A DNA stretch of 64,000 bases, from the NCBI GenBank assembly GCA_951406725.2, contig OX597823.1:53692001-53756000 (forward strand), written 5' to 3'. Positions 54,641 to 64,000 of this stretch are shown here, piece after piece; position 1 is the first letter of the stretch; each line of letters begins with the position of its first letter. The stretch comes from Octopus vulgaris. Taxonomy: Eukaryota. Below the pieces are notes generated by a model that saw nothing but the letters and a program-made list of their open reading frames with translations, searched no databases and was not told the DNA's origin. The position numbers were made by a program, and so were the translations under genes.

Positions 54641-55584
54641 CTATTAAGCTAATATTATTGCATGCATTTTGCGTACTTGCATGTTATTAGATCTATTAGC
54701 TGTCAATTCTGTATAACAGCTTGGTTGGTCATTCGCATAAAATAAGTGTAAAAGATCGTGTGCGACAACGACTTGATTTTGATAAACATCGTATGACGGG
54801 GAAATGCCGTCGACGGTTAAGAATGGATTTTCTGTGATTGAAGCACATATGAGAGAAGCTTGCTGGCGATGTATAAACTCAACAGCAAGAATAATAGATC
54901 TTGTGAACACTAATGACACGAAGTAAAATTTCAGATTTGTTTTAATCTGATGACAGATGTGATGGCTATGCAAAAAAATTCGGTAACGGTGAAAACTCCC
55001 GGAACATGAAATGAATTTTAACAATATGAGATATTTGACAATGTCATCGGATCGTCTTCCAAAGAATTTGATTATTTTCTGAAGGGGTCAGAATATCATC
55101 ACAATATTAAAATCTAACTGAATATATTCAAAGTTATTCTCAAACAATACGTGAATCAGTTCACTTCGTTTTCACGAATATGCAAAATTTAGGACTAAAG
55201 GACAAATCACTGAAACCTATTTGATTGAAATGAAAGTCAGGGCATTGCATGCAATCGCCCGGGCATCGTGTGAAAACTTTAGAATATTTTTCATCATGCG
55301 ATCAGAATCTTAATGAATGCATTGAATTCATTCTATAGCCAAAAATGATTTCGTTCAGATGACTGAAAGTAAAAGATAAAAAAGGCAAGAGTGATCTTGA
55401 TGATATCACTGTGTCACAAGGTGATAGAGACAAGCATAAATCTGATTATAATGTCGCTTCTGTAAATATAAAGCAAACACCATCAAAATGTTCTGCATTT
55501 AGAGTTGTGAATATAAGCGTTAATTAAGCGTTATGAGTTTAGCTGGCGGACTGAGTTTAATAACTAAGTCTGCCAAACAATATA

Positions 55585-55626
<42 letters not shown>

Positions 55627-55706
55627 CATACATACATATATACATACATACATATATACATACATACATACATACATATACATACATACATACATATATA
55701 CATACA

Positions 55707-55770
<64 letters not shown>

Positions 55771-55949
55771 CACATACATACATATATATACGTATATGTA
55801 TATGTACACATACATATGTCGGTACGCCTGGCAAACAGTGATGTTTAAGCTGCATGCGGATTGGTCAAAAAGGTATTCTAAAAATTCAGCTTGTTGGAGC
55901 GTTTCAAGAGGTACTTAAGTTGTCAAGAACTCAACTGTCAGTTAAACAC

Positions 55950-56780
55950 AATTGAAATCTGATGATTATACAATATATGAAAGCGCTAATTTAATTTTAT
56001 GAGCCTAACAAAATATTGGCATTACTAAGCTCTACAGAAATACGCTGCAGGTGACGACAGATGGTCTATTACAGTTCGGGCGCGAAATCAAGTCTGCGGA
56101 TTAGCTCTTAAAAAAACAAGTAACGCGAATTGGTGAAACCCAAGCAAAATTTATCAATCTTGGACAAGACGAAATCGTGCACGTCGATAATTTAAGATAT
56201 CTCGGAAGCTGTATTTCCAATGAGTAATGTAGAAGTTGAAGTCAAAACCAGTATAAGTAAGGCAACGTAATATTCCAGCGCCTTTGTCCAATATGGAGAT
56301 CGAAGGCCATCAGTAAGAAGATAAAGCTGCAGTGATACTCATCTATTTTTATATCAACAATCCGAAATCTGGAAGAAAACAGCGTATATATCTCTCAACT
56401 GCCGGACGTGTTCAATCGATGCTACCGACGTTCAATCCTTAGCATGTATCTCTTACCGAGACAGAATGAGAAACGAAGAAGGATGAGAAGAGCTGGCATG
56501 GGAAATTTATAGGATGTGGTGACTAAGCCATATATATAGTTTGCTAGCCATTTGCTTTGATTACCGCAGGAGAGACATGCTGCCCTCGTGATGGAGTGGA
56601 CGCCGGAAATTAAGAAAAAGACCGAGAAGAAGACCATGGAAGACGTGGAGCAGTATATTCAGCGATGGCATGGTAGCGATGGGAGTCGGCCAGAGTAGCG
56701 CTAAGTGGAAAGTGAACAATCGGGATGTTTGGGGAAGATTCGTTTCCCATTGTACTGACAGCATTGGAGGATCTAAGAGT
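55950..56780 (+). mobile_element. Degraded RTE-clade LINE 3' region
   Basis: Remnants YLGSCIS, EVEVKTSISKA, PIWRSKAISKKIKL, LVMEWTP, RRPWKTW. Confidence 0.7.
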
Positions 56781-57179
56781 CAAGAATTAAGAGGGCTTAG
56801 ATAACATCACAAATAGGAGAATAGCAAATAAGGGAATATCTTTGGTATGGATAGCGAAATGAGAACAATCTGTCCCCGTGGATTTAAATAAGGGTTTGAT
56901 TCGAAATTCCGAGCACATAACCAAATACGATACGCACTTGAAAGAGACTGGAAAAAAACAACAACTGAAACGTTATGACTAGAGAAATCCAGGCGAAAAC
57001 CCCAGTTTGAATTTATCCGGATAAATATAAGAATTTCTCATTTCAGAAATTCAGAGAAAAACTATCATTTTAAGTAGCATGTAAATTTATAGAAAAGATT
57101 AAGGAAATTAAAAAGGTAGATTCTGCAAGTATTTGTGAAATTAACATAGAAATATTACAATGATGAATTTGAAAATAAT

Positions 57180-60100
57180 GCTTACGTTAGAATACAAGTC
57201 GACACTGGTATTTAGAGTTTCTGGATATATTTGAAATAATCAAAAGAATGTGTAACCAAAGGCTAAAATAATTTGATGAGTCATATATTGAAATTTTAAG
57301 AAAATATTATTAAAAAATAGTTGTTGAATATAAAAAAATAAATAATCCATTACTTGATTGATATAGGTATGATGATTGTCGAGAGTTAAACATTAATTCA
57401 TGAGATGGAAACTCCAGGACAATTTGGAAGAGCAATAGGTTTTAAGGCTTACACTCAAAGAAAATATTGGGTCGTGTTATTTTGAGACAAGATCATTACC
57501 AATACGCATTAAATCATTCGTATTAACGAAGCTGAGGAAACTAATTAAGGACGATCCTCCGAAAGAAGTTCCTCCTGAATGAAGTTAATGGGCCTCTCCT
57601 TTGATAGTTGAGCGAAAGATGGATGGAGATTTCGGAATATGAGTAGACTGTAAATCAGGTATAAATGAAAGAATTTATTCAAATTCTTATCCAACTCCAA
57701 ATATTGAATAGACATTTCGTCCTCTTTGTGGCATGAATTATTTCGCCATTCTGGGTTTAAAGGAGACATGTAATCAAATACAAATGTGTTCTGAAGCAAG
57801 AGAAGTTACATGGATCAATACACCTATGTGTCTTTTAAGACAGACATGTCTTCAATATGAAATTAAAACAACTAGTGCTAGATTTCGGAAAGCAACTGAA
57901 TATGCTATTGGAAATAACATTTATAATGTTATTATTTATCAAAATGATGTATTTATGGTTGTAAAACTATTGTAAATCTACAGATCGAAGTCGGTAAAAC
58001 CATAAAAAGTTCGCAATTATCAAACATGGTGATCAATCGCGTTCTAATGTCAGGCTGGTGAATTGTCTCCTGAGACTATATAGCTGGGCAAAAGAAAGTA
58101 TATCTTCGTTTAGTAGTGAGAATTATGGATGCAAAAGCGACAAGGAACAAGAAGTAATTAGAATAATTTTTGGGACTTGTTAATATTTATTATCGTTATT
58201 CAGGCCACATATCAGTTGGCATCATTTCGTGAACGAAGTGTGTCGTTTTCATGAGAAGTCGGACAAGAAAGGCATTTGAGTTTATCAAAGTCAGTAGTCA
58301 ATATTTATGATGCTTCGAAAGAAGTTACCTTAAGAACTGGTGAAAGAGCTATATTAGGAATACTTTCACATGATCGACATTGTGCACTATATTCGTCAAG
58401 AGCAAATATAATAACAGCTGAAGCAAGATATCCAATTATTAAAATAATTCTCAATAGCAAGGTGTACTCAAAAACCACAATATTTTTAGCGTGGTTTTGG
58501 ATCATTGACCAGTAAAATCTATTTTGGTGAAAAATTGGGTTTTACCGAAAGTAATATGTGCATGTGTTTCAAGATGGACCTTACAAATAACAACATTCCA
58601 TTATAAAGTATCTCAGTTACAGATAGTACATGTTGATGCATTATCACGACTAGAATTTATTAATTATCCTGGTTTAGATGAGTACAATAAATGGTCATGA
58701 TGATTCCAATATATATATTGTTGAAACTGATATTATAAGACGTGAAAATATTAAGTTGGGGATTGCCAATGCTAATATTTTGTCTGGTTTATTAAACATT
58801 GTTTTAAAAATTAGAGCCATCGTTTTGTTGTTGAAAGACTATTTCAGTTATTGGAAAATAAGTTGCTAGATGAAGATGGTATCTTGTGCGATAGAAAATT
58901 AATTGTTCCATCAACTTGTATGGCAACATTAATGATAAAAAAGAAACTGTTGCTCAACGACAAAGAAGTGTTAGAAATTGTAAGTATGGTGACTAGGTTA
59001 CTGCGAAGACGTGGCATGATACATAAGATGTACTCCATGACTCACACAAACACAATATAGATAAGGCCTAAAGAAATTAAAGTAAAGAAACGTGTGCATA
59101 CGGACCAGGTTTCATTCCAGAATTAATAACAGTTCTTAATACTTGATGAATACTTTGAGTTGCAGCAAGTCACAAGGATTAAGAATAAAGTAGCAATAAC
59201 TGTATTGAGAACTGTAAGTAGTATTCTATAAACACTATGGCCGACAATGCTTGTATGTTCTGCAACAGGGACATTGTAATTTTGCAATAAGCAAATATGG
59301 CTTGATAAGATCGGATGTAAAGTTGCATAAGACTCCATATCATCCAGAATCAAATGGTCGCATAAGTTAAAATGACTGTAAAAGTATATTCATCAAGTAA
59401 CAATTTCAATACCATTAATGTGCATTTGTGTCCCGTGCTTTTGTATTACCGGATGATCCTTCATTTAGAACAGTGGTTCTCAACCGTGATTCATATGGCC
59501 TCTGAGAGTCCATATAAGATCCATTGCAACAAAATAGTAAACTGGGGATCAACGGTAGTATTTTAAGGGTCCCTGAAAAAATATTTTTTTAGGTGTACGT
59601 GTTGATATTTATTGCAAGAAACAGGCAGGTTTCTTTCTCTAATATTTTACATAGTTCAATCTACACATGTTAATGCATGATAAACAAAATAGGAATTTTG
59701 AAAGAAGTATCTATAAAACTAGTTTATAAACACAGAATGGCTATGAGGGTCCACCAGAATAAAATAATAAACAAAGGGGTCCGTGGATAAAAAATGGTTG
59801 AAAATCCCTGATTTAGAAAGATTTCTTGGTTCATCTGCTTTGATGGGCAGACTATGATAACCAAAAAAAAAATGCCTTATGAAACAACAGCTTCAATTTA
59901 TTAACGATACGGAAATATACAAAAGAACGATAAACTAAAGAAAGCTCGATTTATATTTTAAGCATGAACATAATACAGCTATGACTCTTCTGAATGAATA
60001 ATATATTGAAGCTCATATACAGATCAAATAAACAACGACACATTTGATGATGAACAAAATACAGTGAGAGTCCTTCAAGATTTCAATACATCCAATAATC

Positions 60101-60200
60101 CGTTAATAAACATTGCAGATTTGACACCTGATGCAGGAAGAAACATCACAAATTATATTAGAAGCTCTTCTCGAATAATAACAGGAACAAAACCAAATAG
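57180..60200 (+). mobile_element. Heavily degraded Ty3/Gypsy pol relic
   Basis: Ordered remnants: protease IQVDTG (about 57195), RT YPTPNIE / INTP / IIYQNDV, RNase H YDAS...AEARY, HVDALSRL, integrase TPYHPESNGR (about 59332). Boundaries approximate. Confidence 0.8.
59471..59810. mobile_element. hAT (Charlie-like) MITE nested in the Gypsy relic
   Basis: TIRs CAGTGGTTCTCAACC / CAGGGATTTTCAACC; perfect 8-bp TSD ATTTAGAA. Confidence 0.9.
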
Positions 60201-60231
60201 TTTCCAGAAAATATGATGTACAATTATGCTA

Positions 60232-60842
60232 ATATTGGTTTCAAATTTGGCACGAGGTCAGCAATTTTTGGAGAGGGCTTAAGTCAATTACATCGACTCC
60301 AGCGATCTACTGTTACTAATTTTATCGACCTCGAAAGGAATGAAAGGCAAAGTGGACCTCGGCGGAATTTGAACTCAGAACGTAAGGACGGACGAAATGC
60401 CTATTTCTTTACTAATCACAGAAGGGACGAACAAGGACAGACAAGGGGATAAACACAGAGGGGACGAACAGGGACAGACAAATGGATTTAGTCGATTATA
60501 TCGACCCCAGTGCGTAACTCGTACTTATTTATCGACCCCGAAAGGATGAAAGGCAAAGTCGACATCGGCGGAATTTGAGCTCAGAACGTAGCGGCAGACG
60601 AAATGCCTATTTCTTTACTACCCACAAGGGGATATAAACACATAGGGGACAAGCAAGGACAGACAAACGGATTAAGTCGATTATATCGACCCCAGTGCGT
60701 AAATGGTACTTATTTAATCGACCCCGAAAAGATGAAAGGCAAAGTCGACCTCGGCGGAATTTGAATTCAGATCGTAACGGCAGACGAAATACGACTACGC
60801 ATTTCGCCCGGCGTGCTAACGATTCTGCCAACTCGTCACCTT
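60232..60842 (-). mobile_element. Tandem SINE-A trimer (one head, repeated headless units)
   Basis: Junction gacgaaatgcctatttctttacta at about 60391 and 60597. Confidence 0.85.
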
Positions 60843-61293
60843 CTGTGATGCTAATGTTAATGCATGACACAATCTCACACAATCAATCGTACAACAATGA
60901 CTTATGGTATTTAGCTCCCACATTTGCGTATCTGGGTTCAAATTTCGCTGTGGTGAACTTTAATTTTTATCGTTCTAGAGTCGATAAAATGAAATAGTGA
61001 GTCATTGTTAAAGACTGTTTTTCCCCCACCAAAATATATGATCTTGTGCCTATCTCAGAAAATATTAATCTGCACCCTACCGTTTGAAAGCGACTGACTT
61101 AAACCTTTCACAGCAGAAATCAGACGCATTCACACAGAATTTCGTTACTCTTAACAACGGAAAGCCATTTTATACACTTGCCTATCTTTTGTTGAGCAAT
61201 ATGATGTTTGAAACTACTGTTGTTGAGATAGGTCAAGTTTATTGAGGAAACATGACTTGGAGAAAATACCTATTCTATTGTTTGGTAAGATAT

Positions 61294-61451
61294 TCTTTTA
61301 CTTGTTTAAGTCATTTGACTGTGGCCATGCTGGAGCACCGCCTTTAGTCGAGCAAATCGACCCCAAAACTTATTCTTTGTAAGCCTGGTACTTATTCTAT
61401 CAGTCTATTTTGCCGAACCGCTAAGTTACGGGGACGTAAACACACCAGCAT
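61294..61451 (-). mobile_element. SINE-B 3' fragment
   Basis: gtggccatgctggagcaccgcctttagtcgagcaaatcgacccc...gctaagttacggggacgtaaacacaccagc. Confidence 0.75.
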
Positions 61452-61559
61452 AATTGTTGTTGTTGTTATTGTTGTTGTTGTTGTTGTTGTTGTTCTTGTT
61501 GTTGTTGTTGTTGTTGTTGTTGTTGGGACAATGCCTGGGCCTTCTTTAGTCCTCCTAGA

Positions 61560-62600
61560 CATGCCAGATCGATGCGATTAATTTTCTTTTTTTTTTTTTT
61601 TTTTTTTGGACAGTTGCAGATAGTGAATTTTAGAGAGTCAATGTTCGGCACAGGAAGGAATGGATGTAGTAGTTAATGCCCACCATGGGTAGGATTGCAT
61701 ATAATATGAGTGGAGAAATGAATGAATTTGAAGCGACTAGATGTGATACGAGATTGGGCCATTCTGAGAAGTCAAAGAGAGAAGACTGTATATTTGTGGA
61801 TCAGAGATTGGAATGTAATGGCGAGAGATTTTATATCAGACAATTGAGTGACCTTTCCTTAGATGTGATCGGGGATGTCTACGTATGTAGCAACAGCACC
61901 ATCCCATGTATGGATGCAATATTCTGTTGTGAGTATCGGTTGAAAAAGGCTAAAGTATATTCTGGTCCTGAAGAGAAAGGTTAGTCTTTGTAGAGGTGAC
62001 TTTAATGAAACTAATGGTGTGGGAAGTGATAGTTTTGGAGGAGATTTACGTAGTGTGCAGATTTACGTAGTGTGGAGTTGGATACAAAGCGAGTGGGAAA
62101 TCTAGAGATTTTTTTTCCTGCAGGAGTACTACTTACGGAACCATCATGCTTGAGAAGAAGCGTGAAGGATAGTTCCACGAAAATGGAAGCGATCTTTTGA
62201 TAAGGGATCAAAACGATCAGCTGCAACTCCGTAGGAAAGAGGACTTGCAGTCTGTGTGATGCATTACGGCATCCTTTACATTTCGGATGATGGTCTTATT
62301 GGAGTAGCTGTGTTGTGTAAAAGCCGTCCAGTTTGTAGGATGGTGTTATTTTAGCGTGTTTCGATTAAACGTAACAGCGAGTTCATTAATGTATAGAATA
62401 CATTGAGGGACACAAAAGATGATTAAATCTAGGTCATCAATACTAGAAGGAGGTTTTGAAAAACGAAGCAAGAAAGGAGAAAGGGGAAGGACAAAAGAAC
62501 AAAAAAGAATGAGGATGATATATGGTAATGATTTGTGTAGAAACTGGGAAAGCTGGGATCGATACAGTTTCAGTAAAATAGAGGATGGTTATTATGATGA
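61560..62600 (-). mobile_element. Degraded CR1/Jockey-group LINE remnant
   Basis: Remnant TEYCIHTWDGA resembles the post-RT EYC..IW.G motif; otherwise poorly readable. Confidence 0.4.
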
Positions 62601-63683
62601 GGTGAAATAATTAGGCAGACCATCAACTAATTCTGATTAGTTTTTGGCGAAAATATTTGAAGAACCAAAACAAACCGAACGAGTGATGCCAAGATAAATT
62701 AAATATTAAACTGACCCCAGTAGTAAAAGGTGAAAATTGGAAAACACTTCTCAGAGACAAAGTGTAGGTGGTAATTTGTTAATCAAATTTATGAATATAA
62801 AATGACTGCATAAATATAGCAAAAATACTGTGGGTTCTTTGTTTTGTTTTGTTTTTGAATGTTTGTTTTTGTTTTGTTTTTGTTTGTTTTTGTTTGTTTT
62901 TGTTTCTATTTTGTTTTGTTTTTGCCCTCCAGCATTGATAAAACAAATTCCAGTCACAAGATAAGTTGCCAGAAAATCTGGTACGTGACCCGGTTTCGAT
63001 TCTTAGCTGAAGACAATTTTGTTTCCTTAATGTGTTAATAATTTTGTAGAAGTTTCAACATCACAAAATATATCTCATCAATCGTTAGCACACCGGGCAA
63101 ATTGCTTAGCGTGGCAGAATCGTTAGCACGCCGAGCAAAATGCTTAGCGGCATTTCGTCCTCCTTTACATTCTGAGTTCAAATTCCGCTGTGGTCCGTTT
63201 TGCCTTTCGTCCCTTTCCAGATCGATAGGACAAGTACCAGTTAGCAATGGGGTCAACGTAATTGACTTAACCCATTTCACAAAATTGCTGGCCTTTAGCC
63301 AAACTTTTAAATCAATACATTTAATGTCTGATGTGCAGTCATAATAAATCACTGTTATTTTATACAAGCATGCAGTGGCGGCACGTAGATAAAATTAGTG
63401 GGGGCGCTGCTTCAGAAAATTTTTAGCCATTGTTTTAATATTGTGAAATAGACATAAAAAGAATATTTTATACATAAATTTGGTTGGTTCGCGTTTTAGC
63501 CACTACTGAGTGGTGTGTTTAATTTGTTCACAGAACACCGCTGCGAATTCCCCCTTGTTTTTCAAAAATCCCCGCTAAATCACAAAATAAGGGGAGAAAA
63601 TCTACCCTATTTTTCAAATCCTGGCAGCTACACTGAAGTCGGAAGCAGGATAATAATTTAATTCTACACTTTATACATTCAAG

Positions 63684-64000
63684 AAAGGCGGCGAGCTGGC
63701 AAAAACGTTAGCACGCCGGGTGAAATGCGTGCTTCGTCTGCCGTTACGTTCTGAGTTCAAATTCCACCAAGGTCGACTTTGCCTTTCATCCTTTCGGGGT
63801 CGATAAATTAAGTACCAGTTACGCACTGGGGTCGATATAATCGACTTAATCCGTTTGTCTGTCCTTGTTTGCCCTCTCTGTGTTTAGCCCCTTGTGGGTA
63901 GTAAAGAAATAAGTATTTTGTCTGTCTTATGGCTCTGAGCTCAAATTCCGCCGAGGTCCACTTCGCCTTTCATCCTTTCGGGGTCGATAAATTAAGTACC
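63684..64000 (+). mobile_element. SINE-A with a second headless unit (runs off the window); an older copy lies at about 63080-63310
   Basis: Full unit, then gtaaagaaataagtattt rejoining the SINE body. Confidence 0.85.

Noticed and set aside
54644-55024. 126-aa ORF as the missing first SLC35F exon
   Set aside because: No family similarity or suitable phase-1 donor seen; it lies among decayed transposon sequence.
63373-63636. CAGTG...CACTG-bounded DNA transposon
   Set aside because: TIR match limited to about 5 bp and no TSD; plausible but unsupported.

Overview
AT-rich, microsatellite-saturated eukaryotic DNA whose repeat content resembles an octopus (coleoid cephalopod) genome; the species is inferred, not proven. 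The only recognisable host gene is an SLC35F3/SLC35F4-like transporter on the minus strand. Four GT-AG exons splice in frame (49630-49927, 42930-43146, 37671-37796, 25003-25069). Its first exon(s) and last exons were not found, and the gene runs towards a 100-N gap at 23400-23499. Most listed ORFs are translations of simple repeats. Also present: at least four tRNA-derived SINE families, (TAA)n-associated Dong/R4-like LINE pieces with a ~500-bp non-autonomous companion, RTE/CR1 relics, two Ty3/Gypsy relics, hAT/mariner/piggyBac MITEs and a tRNA-Lys(UUU) copy. Most notable: (1) a TSD-flanked tRNA-Lys+SINE cassette inserted into one arm of a large fold-back palindrome; (2) a type I hammerhead ribozyme motif overlapped by its own antisense arm, plus degenerate relatives; (3) inverted repeats bracketing two exons; (4) a CpG-decay boundary at the gap; (5) a 260-codon intronic frame broken by a single UAG.
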